A stretch of 64,000 bases of DNA. It comes from a bacterium (GTDB taxonomy: Bacteria > Patescibacteriota > Patescibacteriia > Patescibacteriales > UBA12465). The stretch spans positions 108,839-172,838 of the forward strand of contig DAONDZ010000001.1 of NCBI GenBank assembly GCA_035402825.1. The letters run 5' to 3'. Under the pieces are notes generated by a model. The model was not told the DNA's origin. It saw only the letters and a program-made list of their open reading frames with translations, and ran no database searches. Positions within the stretch are counted from its first letter, which is position 1. Every line of letters begins with the position of its first letter. The position numbers were made by a program, and so were the translations under genes. Below are positions 35,658-45,011 of the stretch, piece by piece.

Positions 35658-38450
35658 ATGAAAAAAACTACTCCCAAATTAATAATCATTGATGGTAATG
35701 CCATTATTCATCGCAGTTTTCACGCTTTGCCACCGACCATGACCACAAAATCCGGCCAAATAGTCAACGCCGTCTATGGCTTCTCTCTTTTTCTGCTGAA
35801 AGCTCTCACCGAGTTCCAACCCGAATATGTCGCCTTGACCTTTGACCGAGCCGCTCCGACTTTTCGGCACAAAGAATATGTAGAATACAAAGCCACCCGA
35901 ACCAAAGCCCCCGATGAGCTCTATGATCAGATTCCCTATGCTAAAAAAGTAGCCACCGCCTTGAATATTCCTATTTTTGAATTAGACGGCTATGAAGCCG
36001 ACGACTTGATAGGCACGATAGTAAATAGAGTGGATAGCCAGGTGGAAAAAATTATCATCACCGGTGATATGGACACCTTGCAACTCATTAATGACCATAC
36101 CAAAGTTTACACCATGAGCCGCGGGCTAACTGATAGCGTTTTATATGACGCCGATTTAGTAAAAGAACGCTATGGCGTCACCCCAAAACAAATAATCGAT
36201 TACAAAGCTTTGCGCGGCGATGTTAGCGATAACATCCCGGGAGTCAAAGGCATCGGCGAAAAAACCGCCAGCGAGTTATTACAAAAATTCAAAACTTTAG
36301 ACGGCGTCTATCAGGCCGCCGAAAAAGAAGACCAGAAAATCAAAGAAAGAACTTTGGAGCTTTTAATTACCCATAAAAAGGAAGCCTATCTCAGCCAAAA
36401 GTTAGCCACCATTGAACAACAGGCGCCCATTAAATTCGCTCTGGATGATTGCCGCTTCCAGCTTTCCAACCGCAGTCAGGCTCTAGAACTATTTAGCGAA
36501 TTAGAATTCAAATCATTAATTCCCAAATTAAACGCTCTGAGCTTCGGCTCTAACGTCAAGGAAGAAAAGCCGACTGACAAATTCGCTCGCGACTTAAAAC
36601 AATTTAATTATCATCTCATCAGCAGCGAAAAAGAGTTAAAAGCTTTAATCACTAAATTAAAAACCCAAAAACTAATCGCCATAGATACTGAGACCACTTC
36701 TCTGGATCCTTTAAAGGCAGAAATATTGGGAATATCATTGAGCTACAAAGAAAAAGAAGCCTATTACATCCCCATATATAGAAACCAAGGCCAAAGCGCC
36801 CATCCCCAAGCCCCCAACCTATTTAATCAAAATCAAGTTCCAGCAAAAAAAGAATCTCATCCTTGGCTCAAACTGATTGCCCCAATTTTGGCTGACGAGA
36901 AAATAAAAAAAGGCGGCCATAATTTAAAATATGATTTGCGCATCTTGGAGAATCAAGGACTAGAGGTCAACGGTCTCTATTTGGATTCCATGATCGCCTC
37001 CTATCTTCTCAATCCAGAAAACCGCCAACACGGTTTAGACGCTTTGTCGTTTAACGAATTGGGGTTAGAAAAGATAAATCACAAAGATCTTTTCGGAGAA
37101 AAAGAAAAAAATCTGGATTTCTCCACCCTGCCTCTAGAAAAATTATATATCTACGCCTGCGAAGACGCCGATTGTACTTTTAGGTTGTTAAAAAAACTGG
37201 AAGCCAGATTAAAAAAAGAAAAACTTTTTGACCTGTGCGAAAACATTGAAATGCCACTCATCAAAGTCTTGGCGCATATGGAAGATACTGGCATTCTAAT
37301 CGCTCCGCAGAGATTAAGCGCCATGGCTAAAATTTTAAACAAAAAATTAACAGCCCTAGAAAAAGAAATCCATATCCTGGCCAAAGAAAAATTCAATATT
37401 AATTCTCCGAAACAATTAAAAGAAATTTTATTTGATAAACTGGCGCTGGAAACTAAGGGCATTAAAAAAACTAAAACCGGCATTTCCACGGCGGCTGAGG
37501 AATTGGAAAAATTAAAAGATCTCCATCCGATTATCCCTTTAATTCAAGAACAGAGAGAGTTAAGCAAATTATTAAACACCTATATTGAAGCCTTGCCGGA
37601 GTTAATTAATCCCCGTACCAAAAGAATTCACACCAGTTTCAACCAAACCATCGCCGCTACCGGCCGCCTGTCTTCCACTGACCCAAATCTACAAAACATT
37701 CCGGCCCGCACCGAATTAGGCCAAAAAATCCGTACCGCTTTCATCGCTCCTCCCGGATACAAACTACTCAGCTTAGATTATTCCCAGGTTGAGTTGCGTC
37801 TAGCGGCTTCCATGTCCGGTGACAAAAAAATGATTCAAGCGTTTTTAAACAATGTTGATATTCATACCACTACCGCCGCGGCTATCTTAGGACTGCCGTT
37901 AGAAAAAGTTACCCCAGCCCTACGGCGCGAAGCTAAAGCCGTCAATTTTGGCATCATCTATGGCCAAGGGCCGCATGGACTAAGTCAAAGCGCCGGCATA
38001 CCCTATAACCAAGCCCGGGAGTTTATCGAAAAATATTTCTCCGTCTACTCCGGCGTCAAAAAATTCTTAGACCAGACAATCGCTCAAGCCAAGAAAGAAG
38101 GCTATGTAGAAACCCTCTTTGGCCGGCGCCGCTATTTGCCGGAGATAAACTCCTCCATAGTTAACTTGCAAAAATCAGCTGAGAGAATGGCCGTAAATAC
38201 TCCTTTCCAAGGGACAGCCGCCGACATGATTAAATTAGCCATGATCAAAATCGCTAAAATGATTGACGGCCGCGACGATATCAAGATGATTCTCCAAGTG
38301 CATGATGAATTAATGTTTGAAATAAAAGAAGCCGCCGTTTCCCGCTATGCTGGTGAGATAAAAAAAATCATGGAAGAAGTCATCAAATTAAAAGTTCCGA
38401 TTATCGCCGATATCAAGATTGGAGACAACTGGGGAGAAATGGAAAAATAA
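35658..38450 (+). CDS. polA: DNA polymerase I (5'-nuclease, 3'-5' exo-like and polymerase domains)
   Basis: LIIIDGNAIIHRSFHAL, YKALRGDVSDNIPGVKGIGEKTA, DYSQVELRLAA, QVHDELMFE; 930 aa. Confidence 0.95.
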   Translation: MKKTTPKLIIIDGNAIIHRSFHALPPTMTTKSGQIVNAVYGFSLFLLKALTEFQPEYVALTFDRAAPTFRHKEYVEYKATRTKAPDELYDQIPYAKKVATALNIPIFELDGYEADDLIGTIVNRVDSQVEKIIITGDMDTLQLINDHTKVYTMSRGLTDSVLYDADLVKERYGVTPKQIIDYKALRGDVSDNIPGVKGIGEKTASELLQKFKTLDGVYQAAEKEDQKIKERTLELLITHKKEAYLSQKLATIEQQAPIKFALDDCRFQLSNRSQALELFSELEFKSLIPKLNALSFGSNVKEEKPTDKFARDLKQFNYHLISSEKELKALITKLKTQKLIAIDTETTSLDPLKAEILGISLSYKEKEAYYIPIYRNQGQSAHPQAPNLFNQNQVPAKKESHPWLKLIAPILADEKIKKGGHNLKYDLRILENQGLEVNGLYLDSMIASYLLNPENRQHGLDALSFNELGLEKINHKDLFGEKEKNLDFSTLPLEKLYIYACEDADCTFRLLKKLEARLKKEKLFDLCENIEMPLIKVLAHMEDTGILIAPQRLSAMAKILNKKLTALEKEIHILAKEKFNINSPKQLKEILFDKLALETKGIKKTKTGISTAAEELEKLKDLHPIIPLIQEQRELSKLLNTYIEALPELINPRTKRIHTSFNQTIAATGRLSSTDPNLQNIPARTELGQKIRTAFIAPPGYKLLSLDYSQVELRLAASMSGDKKMIQAFLNNVDIHTTTAAAILGLPLEKVTPALRREAKAVNFGIIYGQGPHGLSQSAGIPYNQAREFIEKYFSVYSGVKKFLDQTIAQAKKEGYVETLFGRRRYLPEINSSIVNLQKSAERMAVNTPFQGTAADMIKLAMIKIAKMIDGRDDIKMILQVHDELMFEIKEAAVSRYAGEIKKIMEEVIKLKVPIIADIKIGDNWGEMEK

Positions 38451-38458
38451 AAAATGGG

Positions 38459-39061
38459 TCAGATACTATCCAATCCCATTTTAGCTTCTGCCCACGCTAA
38501 GCGTAAGAATACTATTAGCAAAAACTGATTGCGCGTTCTCCGCCAAAAAGGAGACCAGCCGGAGTCTTCCACTTCCCGAGAAATAAAACTATAGATAATT
38601 CGGAAAATAGTGAGAGACAACACATTAGCCGTTAGTCCATAGAGAGCGCCTCGAAAATAATAGGAAGCTACCAGTCCCGCGACGGCCGCGACGACAATGA
38701 AGACAACTTCCAATTTCAAGCGGCGATAGAACTTAAAGAAAATCAGATTGACGAGCCCCCAAGCCCAGATGAATAGGATATCATACCAATGCGACAGACA
38801 AAAATTAGCCGGCAGAGGTAAACGAACCAATTCTTCAAGATCCTGAGGAGTCATGCAAGGCATAAAGCCATTGCGCCAATAGTTGAAAACGACAATCACC
38901 ACAGCGATAGGCAAGATATAAAACAAAGAAAAAAGTAAAAGAGGCTGTACCCGACGGTTTTCCTCTTTCAATTGCGCCTTAATTTTTCCCGGCACTAGAC
39001 CCAACTTAATGGCCAAGGGCAGAAAAACGGCGACTAGCAAAAGAAGCAACGAAGTAAGCAT
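38459..39061 (-). CDS. Hypothetical polytopic membrane protein (200 aa)
   Basis: Five to six hydrophobic helices. SD GGGAGGG lies 6 nt upstream. No motif recognised. Confidence 0.45.
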   Translation of the reverse strand: MLTSLLLLLVAVFLPLAIKLGLVPGKIKAQLKEENRRVQPLLLFSLFYILPIAVVIVVFNYWRNGFMPCMTPQDLEELVRLPLPANFCLSHWYDILFIWAWGLVNLIFFKFYRRLKLEVVFIVVAAVAGLVASYYFRGALYGLTANVLSLTIFRIIYSFISREVEDSGWSPFWRRTRNQFLLIVFLRLAWAEAKMGLDSI

Positions 39062-39134
39062 ATTAAACCCTCCCTTAATTTAAACTTGTTATTTTTCAAG
39101 AACTACTTTAAATTATAGGATTAGAGACCAATAT

Positions 39135-41783
39135 ATGTCAAATAAAATTAAAGCCACTAAACCTGCATCTCCCTATACTAGTTTTGTCTTCCAAAAATAC
39201 AGCTTCAACCCGAAATCCGGACAAGCTCTGTTTTATTATGCTTTTGACAACAAACTGACCTTTTGTGAAAAATTGCAGCTACCCAAGGCCACCATTAATC
39301 GAAAAATCAACCAATCAATATTAGATGCCGCCCTATTCAATTTGCATCTGGCTTTAGGGTTAAGCTACTACAAAGCCTATTGCCCGGCAAAAATTATTAT
39401 CAAATCCGGCCAGCTAAATGCCGTCCAAGCCAAGTTCTGGAATAACCTATACCAAAAAGGATTAGGAGAGTTTTCCTATAAGAATAAACTGGATTTAAGA
39501 AACTGGATTAACTTCCCGGCTAACGCTAAAAATATCGCTAAGGCAGAAAAGATAAATCTTCAGGACCGCTCCTTATCCCTCATCGGCGGCGGCAAAGATT
39601 CTTGTCTAGCGGCGGAGATGTTAAAAGCCGAGCAGCAAGACTTTGCTCTTTTCAGCTTAGGCGATAGCCCCATCCAATCCGAAACCAGCCGACTAGTTGG
39701 AAAAAAACGAATTATCATCAATCGGACTATTGATTCCCAGCTTTTTACTTTAAATCAAGCCGGCGCTTATAACGGCCATGTTCCGATTTCATCCATCTAC
39801 GCTTTTAGCGCGGTCTTAGCAGCCATCCTCTATGACTATCGCCACATCATTTTAGCTAATGAGCGCAGCGCTAACTTCGGCAACTTAAATTATTTGGGCC
39901 AAGAGATAAATCATCAATACAGCAAGAGCTTTGAGTTTGAATTGGAATTGGCGCAATACATTAACGACTTCATCACTCCGGAATTAAAATACTTCAGTTT
40001 GTTGCGCCGCTATTCTGAGTTGCGCATCATGGCTGAATTTTCTCGTCTGCCTAAATATCTGCCGGCTTTTTCTAGCTGTAATAGAAACTTCAAGATCACT
40101 AAACAATCCCAAACCAAATGGTGCGGCGAATGTCCCAAGTGCGCTTTCTCCTTTAATTTGCTCTCCGCGTTCATTCCCATGGACAAATTAGTCAAAATAT
40201 TTAAAAAGAATCTCTACCAAGATCAAAACTTATTACCGCTCTTCTTGGAACTCTGGGGACAAAAAAATTTCAAACCTTTTGATTGCGTCGGCGAGCCGCA
40301 AGAAGCTTTAGCGGCCAGCCTCTTAGCCTTAAAGCAAAAAGGCTACGGCCAAACTTTTGTCTTAAAACATTTTGCTAAAAATGTCCGGCCGAAAATAAAA
40401 AATCCGGAAAAACTAATTACCGACAATTTATCATTAAAGCCGGGGCACCACTTGCCGGAAAGTTTTCAAAAAATTATCATCCTCGGCTATGGCCAAGAAG
40501 GACAAGCGGCCGTGAAATATTTCCATTCTCTCTATCCCCACAAAATATTGACTGTGGCGGATCAAAAACCATTAGCCAAAAAAGAAAAAAATATTATTTT
40601 CCGCAGTGGAAAAAACTATCTCTCCACTCTTTCTGACTTTGATCTAATTATTAAAAGCCCGGGCATCCCTAGCGACTTACCGGAAATAGTGGCCGCTGAA
40701 AAAAATGGCAGCCAAGTCACCACTAATACCAATCTCTTCTTTCAGAAAGCTCCGGGATTAATAATCGGCGTCACTGGCACTAAGGGAAAAAGCACTACTT
40801 CAAAATTAATCTATGAGATTCTCAAACAGTCAGGATTAAACGCCAAGCTAGCCGGCAATATCGGCGGCAACGACCCATTAGCCTATCTCCGAGCAGGCAA
40901 TCAGAAAAATCCGATTTTTGTTTATGAACTCTCTTCCTATCAACTCTCCACCCTGCCCCAAAGCCCGCAAATTAGCGTCTTTTTAAATATTTTCCCCGAT
41001 CACCTACCCTATCATCATGGACTTACAGGATACCAAAAAGCCAAAGCTAATATCAGTAAATACCAGACGAAGACGGATTTCTTGGTCTATAATTCGCAAT
41101 ACCCTTTTATCAAAAACCTGGCTCGAAAAACTCCGGCTAAAGCCATTGATTATTTGCAAACCTGTGCCTTAAAAAATGGCTGGATAACCTACCGGCAAGA
41201 AAAAATAATTCCCAGCGCGGAAATAAAATTATTAGGACAGCATAATCTGGAAAATATTATGGCTGCTATTTGCGTCGCTAAGATATTAAAGATAGAAAAC
41301 CATAATATTCGGTTAGCTCTAAAAAAATTTCATAACCTAAAACATCGCTTAGAGCTCGTAGGTACTTTTCAGGGCATCACTTTCTATGATGATGCTATTT
41401 CCACTACTCCCGAATCAACTTTAGCGGCCATTGAAACTTTAAAAGACAAACTAGAGACGATTTTCCTGGGCGGGCAGGATCGCGGCTATAAATTTCAGAA
41501 ACTAGCTAAACGCTTAATGGAATTAAATATCAAAAATGTGGTATTATTTCCGGACAGCGGTGCTAAAATCTGGCGGACTATCCAAGCAGAAGCTAAAAAA
41601 CAAAAAAAGAAATTGCCCCAGATGATTAACACCAGCTCCATGGCTCAAGCTGTCAAATTCGCTTATCAAAAAACTGCCATTGGAAAAATTTGTTTGCTCT
41701 CCACCGCTTCCCCCAGTTATAGCATCTTCAAAAACTTTACAGACAAGGGCGATCAGTTTCAAGCCAACATCAAAAAACATTAA
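39135..41783 (+). CDS. murD: Fusion protein: N-terminal PP-loop/Cys-cluster ATPase-like domain plus C-terminal UDP-MurNAc-L-Ala--glutamate ligase (MurD-type)
   Basis: C-terminal half: ILGYGQEGQA Rossmann, GVTGTKGKSTT P-loop, HRLELVG..FYDDAISTTPEST. N-terminal half (aa 1-445): GGGKDS at aa 151-156 and WCGECPKC at aa 329-336. No stop or frameshift separates the two halves. Confidence 0.8.
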   Translation: MSNKIKATKPASPYTSFVFQKYSFNPKSGQALFYYAFDNKLTFCEKLQLPKATINRKINQSILDAALFNLHLALGLSYYKAYCPAKIIIKSGQLNAVQAKFWNNLYQKGLGEFSYKNKLDLRNWINFPANAKNIAKAEKINLQDRSLSLIGGGKDSCLAAEMLKAEQQDFALFSLGDSPIQSETSRLVGKKRIIINRTIDSQLFTLNQAGAYNGHVPISSIYAFSAVLAAILYDYRHIILANERSANFGNLNYLGQEINHQYSKSFEFELELAQYINDFITPELKYFSLLRRYSELRIMAEFSRLPKYLPAFSSCNRNFKITKQSQTKWCGECPKCAFSFNLLSAFIPMDKLVKIFKKNLYQDQNLLPLFLELWGQKNFKPFDCVGEPQEALAASLLALKQKGYGQTFVLKHFAKNVRPKIKNPEKLITDNLSLKPGHHLPESFQKIIILGYGQEGQAAVKYFHSLYPHKILTVADQKPLAKKEKNIIFRSGKNYLSTLSDFDLIIKSPGIPSDLPEIVAAEKNGSQVTTNTNLFFQKAPGLIIGVTGTKGKSTTSKLIYEILKQSGLNAKLAGNIGGNDPLAYLRAGNQKNPIFVYELSSYQLSTLPQSPQISVFLNIFPDHLPYHHGLTGYQKAKANISKYQTKTDFLVYNSQYPFIKNLARKTPAKAIDYLQTCALKNGWITYRQEKIIPSAEIKLLGQHNLENIMAAICVAKILKIENHNIRLALKKFHNLKHRLELVGTFQGITFYDDAISTTPESTLAAIETLKDKLETIFLGGQDRGYKFQKLAKRLMELNIKNVVLFPDSGAKIWRTIQAEAKKQKKKLPQMINTSSMAQAVKFAYQKTAIGKICLLSTASPSYSIFKNFTDKGDQFQANIKKH

Positions 41784-41790
41784 TTAAGTT

Positions 41791-42795
41791 ATGATTATAT
41801 TCTTCTACGGACAAAATGATTTTAAGGCCCGGCAAAAAATCAAAGAGCTCAAAGAAAAATTCTATCGCGAGGTAGAAAACAGCGAGCATAGCCTAAACTC
41901 TATTGACGGTGCTAATTGTGATTTGGCGGCTTTAGCCAATAACTTAAGCAGCGGCTCTTTGTTTACCCAAAAAAGAATGACCATCATTGAGAATCTTTTC
42001 AATTCTCACAAACCGACCCTCTATCCGGAGGTCTTAAACTATTTGCAAGAAAACCGCCTAGCCGAATCCCCGGACATCGTGCTCTTTTTTGATCCTTCCC
42101 TCTTTAACGACCGTGGCAAGACCATGAAACAAGTCGGCGATTCGCCGCGCCCGCTAAACGCCAGTGAAAAACCTTTGTTTGATTTTCTGAGCCACCAAAA
42201 ATTCGCTCAAGAATATGCCCCCCTTTCCAATAGTGAATTAATCAGTTGGCTAAAAGCCGAAGCGAAAGAAAACGGCAGCAGCTTAGATAGTAGCGCGGCG
42301 CAAACATTAATCTCTTTAGCCGGCGATGATCTTTGGCTGCTATCCCACGAAATCGCCAAGCTAGCTCACTACAAAAGACCGGAAGAAATAAAAATAGCCG
42401 ATGTCAAAAAATTCGTTTCGGGCAGTATTGATGAAAACATCTTTGCCTTGACCGATGCCATTAGCCAAAAAAACAAAGGGTTAGCTGTGAAACTTTTAGA
42501 AGACCAGGCTCAACTAGGCATTCCCTTAGAATATGTTTTAGTAATGATTAGGCGTCAAATTAGAATACTGAAGCAATTGAAACAAGCTGACTTGGCCGGC
42601 AGTTCGGCTACTGAAATTACCACCGCCTGCAAATTTCATCCTTTTGTGGTGAAAAAAGGGCTGGAACAAGCCCGCCGGTTTATGGAAGCTGACTTGGAAA
42701 AAATGCTTAAAAAGCTGATGGATATTGATAGGGCCAACAAAATTGGCAGTGGCGACCCGCAAACTTTAATTGATCTCCTGATTTCCGAGCTTTAA
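41791..42795 (+). CDS. holA: DNA polymerase III delta subunit
   Basis: MIIFFYGQNDF.. start, 334 aa, with LSGDDLWLLSHEIAKL-type and C-terminal helical regions typical of HolA. Moderate confidence. Confidence 0.6.
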   Translation: MIIFFYGQNDFKARQKIKELKEKFYREVENSEHSLNSIDGANCDLAALANNLSSGSLFTQKRMTIIENLFNSHKPTLYPEVLNYLQENRLAESPDIVLFFDPSLFNDRGKTMKQVGDSPRPLNASEKPLFDFLSHQKFAQEYAPLSNSELISWLKAEAKENGSSLDSSAAQTLISLAGDDLWLLSHEIAKLAHYKRPEEIKIADVKKFVSGSIDENIFALTDAISQKNKGLAVKLLEDQAQLGIPLEYVLVMIRRQIRILKQLKQADLAGSSATEITTACKFHPFVVKKGLEQARRFMEADLEKMLKKLMDIDRANKIGSGDPQTLIDLLISEL

Positions 42796-42876
42796 ACGGC
42801 CAAAACCTCTTGCTTTTTTATTTTGTTTATTATATATTTAGAAAAGCAAGAATTCCTTAGCTTTTTTTGTGTTTAA

Positions 42877-42950
42877 GGGCAATTAGCTCAGTTGGTTAGA
42901 GCGCAACACTGATAATGTTGAGGTCGGAGGTTCGAATCCTCCATTGCCCA
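42877..42950 (+). tRNA. tRNA-Ile (anticodon GAU)
   Basis: GGGCAAT acceptor, CAACA-CTGATAA-TGTTG anticodon arm, GGAGG-TTCGAAT-CCTCC T arm. Confidence 0.92.
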
Positions 42951-42963
42951 CTTTTTTAATTAT

Positions 42964-43035
42964 CGCGGGGTAGAGCAGTGGCAGCTCGTCGGGCCCATAA
43001 CCCGAAGGTCGTCGGTTCGAATCCGACCCCCGCAA
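42964..43035 (+). tRNA. Initiator tRNA-fMet (anticodon CAU)
   Basis: C1:A72 mismatch (CGCGGGG...CCCCGCA) and three consecutive G:C pairs closing the anticodon stem (TCGGG-CCCATAA-CCCGA). Confidence 0.88.
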
Positions 43036-43043
43036 CACAATAG

Positions 43044-43118
43044 GCCTCGGTAGCTCAGTGGTAGAGCAAACGACTGAAAATCGTTGTGTCGTCAGTTCGA
43101 TTCTGACCCGGGGCACCA
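43044..43118 (+). tRNA. tRNA-Phe (anticodon GAA), CCA encoded
   Basis: GCCTCGG acceptor, AACGA-CTGAAAA-TCGTT anticodon arm, GTCAG-TTCGATT-CTGAC T arm. The only tRNA in the window with a genomic CCA. Confidence 0.92.
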
Positions 43119-43164
43119 GGAAATGATTAAACCCATGACTCATGGGTTTAATTTTAGGGAAAGG

Positions 43165-43237
43165 CGGGGTGTAGCCCAGAGGCTAAGGCGCTTGCTTTGG
43201 GAGCAAGAGATCGTGGGTTCGATTCCCACCACCCCGA
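43165..43237 (+). tRNA. tRNA-Pro (anticodon UGG)
   Basis: CGGGGTG/CACCCCG acceptor, CTTGC-TTTGGGA-GCAAG anticodon arm, GTGGG-TTCGATT-CCCAC T arm. The D stem is weak. Confidence 0.88.
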
Positions 43238-43247
43238 CAGCCGTTTC

Positions 43248-43276
43248 TTGATTTTTATTTGATTCCATGTTATTAT
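43248..43276 (+). promoter_or_regulatory. Candidate promoter for rpsT
   Basis: TTGATT (43248-43253), a 17-nt spacer, then TGtTATTAT (43268-43276). Confidence 0.4.
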
Positions 43277-43306
43277 TTTAATGTTTTTATAATTTTTTAA
43301 ACTAAT

Positions 43307-43567
43307 ATGCCTAATAAAAAATCAGCCAAAAAAGAATTGCGCAAGAATGTTAAACGCAATAAGCAGAATGAAGAAATGTCTCAAGCCATGAAAAACCTGG
43401 TCAAGGACAGCCAAAAAGCTATCACTTTAGGAAAAAAGGAGATCAAGAAGGATATCACTAAGACCATCAAAGCTATTGATAAATTAGTTAAGAAAGGAAT
43501 CCTCAAGGAAAATACCGCTTCCCGCAAGAAATCTAAACTACAAAAGAAAGTTAACAAAGTAAAATAG
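43307..43567 (+). CDS. rpsT: 30S ribosomal protein S20
   Basis: MPNKKSAKKELRKNVKRNKQN; basic, 86 aa. Confidence 0.9.
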   Translation: MPNKKSAKKELRKNVKRNKQNEEMSQAMKNLVKDSQKAITLGKKEIKKDITKTIKAIDKLVKKGILKENTASRKKSKLQKKVNKVK

Positions 43568-43636
43568 TTTTATAATTAATTTGCCTCTTCTTGGTTAGGG
43601 TCTACCCCTATCTCGGAAGCAGGAACGCAACAGTCT

Positions 43637-44002
43637 ATGTTAGACAAAAAAGCTAAGGAAAAGCTAATCAAAAAATTCCGCACCCACGAGAGCGATACTG
43701 GCTCTCCGCAGGTCCAAATCGCTATTTTATCAGCCGAAATTGATGAATTAGCCGAGCATTTAAAGGCTCATAAGCATGACTACTCTTCTCGCCGCGGGTT
43801 ACTTAAAAAAGTAGCTGAACGCCGCCGCTTATTAAAGTATTTGCAGAAAGAGAACGCCGATGCTTTTAAAGAGTTGGCCTTAAAACTGAAATTGAAGATT
43901 GCCAACAAGATGCAAGAGGAAGAAGAAGAGAAAAAAATGAAAGAAAAGAAATACGAAGAATTAAACGAAGAAGAAATAGATGAAACTGAAGCGGAGAAAT
44001 AA
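43637..44002 (+). CDS. rpsO: 30S ribosomal protein S15 with roughly 30-aa Glu/Lys-rich C-terminal extension
   Basis: [53 protein letters not shown], then [34 protein letters not shown]. Confidence 0.9.
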   Translation: MLDKKAKEKLIKKFRTHESDTGSPQVQIAILSAEIDELAEHLKAHKHDYSSRRGLLKKVAERRRLLKYLQKENADAFKELALKLKLKIANKMQEEEEEKKMKEKKYEELNEEEIDETEAEK

Positions 44003-44008
44003 TTAACT

Positions 44009-44503
44009 ATGATTAAACATAAAGAACAAAGAGTGGGCGTATTGGTGGATGTCTCCAATATGTACCACAGCGCCAAGAACCTATTCGGCAAGAGAGTCAA
44101 TTTCAAAGAAGTTCTGGCTCAGGCAGTTTCCGGACGCAAATTAATTCGCGCCACTGCCTACGTTATCAAAACCGACAACAAAGATGAAATGGCCTTCTTT
44201 GAGGCTTTAAGCCAGCAAGGCTTTGAAGTCAAGATGAAAGACCTCCAAATCTTTGCCGGCGGCGCCAAGAAAGGCGATTGGGATGTTGGTATCACTATTG
44301 ATGCCATGAAACTAGCTGACAAGCTAGATGTCATCATCCTAGTCTCCGGCGATGGCGACTACCTTCCGGCCGTTTCCTATCTTCAGAATAATAAAGGCTG
44401 TCTAGTAGAGATAATGGCCTTCCATCAAACCGCTTCCTCTAAGCTCCAGGAAGAAGCTGACGATTTCATTGATCTCAGCTCCAACCGAAAATTCTTGATT
44501 TAA
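44009..44503 (+). CDS. NYN-domain (LabA/DUF88-like) putative ribonuclease
   Basis: RVGVLVDVSNMYHSAK ... DVGITIDAM ... IILVSGDGDYLPAV (conserved Asp pattern of NYN/PIN-like nucleases). Starts 6 nt after rpsO. Confidence 0.7.
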   Translation: MIKHKEQRVGVLVDVSNMYHSAKNLFGKRVNFKEVLAQAVSGRKLIRATAYVIKTDNKDEMAFFEALSQQGFEVKMKDLQIFAGGAKKGDWDVGITIDAMKLADKLDVIILVSGDGDYLPAVSYLQNNKGCLVEIMAFHQTASSKLQEEADDFIDLSSNRKFLI

Positions 44504-44520
44504 TTTACTCCAATTATAAA

Positions 44521-44545
44521 AGCAGCCTGAAAGGGCTGCTTTTTG
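44521..44545 (+). terminator. Rho-independent terminator after the NYN gene
   Basis: AGCAGCC-TGAAAG-GGCTGCT, followed by TTTTT. Confidence 0.65.
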
Positions 44546-44565
44546 GTGGCAAAAATTAATCTTTG

Positions 44566-44805
44566 TCAAAAACACTTAGCTTTATCTTTATCTTTCCCCC
44601 AAATTACTCGCAGGAGCATAAAATGATGAGCGGCATGAAGAAATGCCGACATAGCCCCGAGGAAAAGGACTAAGGCCAAGCCTATTAAAAAGCCAGACTC
44701 GACGAAGTAAACGATTAATGCGCCGATGGCTGCGAGAATAACCCCGCAAACACTGGCAATCCAGGCATTAGCCTGAATTCTCGTTTTGTTTTTATCTTTA
44801 CTCAT
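44566..44805 (-). CDS. Small two-TM membrane protein (79 aa)
   Basis: Hydrophobic ORF with an ATG start. No motif recognised. Confidence 0.35.
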   Translation of the reverse strand: MSKDKNKTRIQANAWIASVCGVILAAIGALIVYFVESGFLIGLALVLFLGAMSAFLHAAHHFMLLRVIWGKDKDKAKCF

Positions 44806-44943
44806 AAAACTGATTTTTAAGGTTCAATACTAATTAATTACCATATTATATTTAAACAGTCAACCTCTTTACAAAATGGTGGCTATGTTATAAGCTAAAT
44901 TAGAGAAAATCTCTAGAATTTTCTTTAAAATTAAACATAATTT

Positions 44944-45011
44944 AGCTCTGATCCACAGATAAGGAGAGCTGTAAGATCCGTCTTATAGTCTTTAATCTGT
45001 CGACCAGAGCT
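44944..45011 (+). promoter_or_regulatory. Long-range stem in the pnp 5' leader
   Basis: AGCTCTG..ACAGAT (44944-44960) pairs with ATCTGT..CAGAGCT (44995-45011). That is 7 + 6 bp with an internal loop, ending 8 nt before the pnp ATG. Confidence 0.4.

Noticed and set aside
42883-43143. An 86-aa minus-strand ORF, and similar ORFs at 9581..9763, 30760..30942 and 52327..52527.
   Set aside because: They run across tRNA genes (Ile/fMet/Phe, Gly/Leu/tmRNA, Ala, Ala). tRNA sequence accounts for the open frames.
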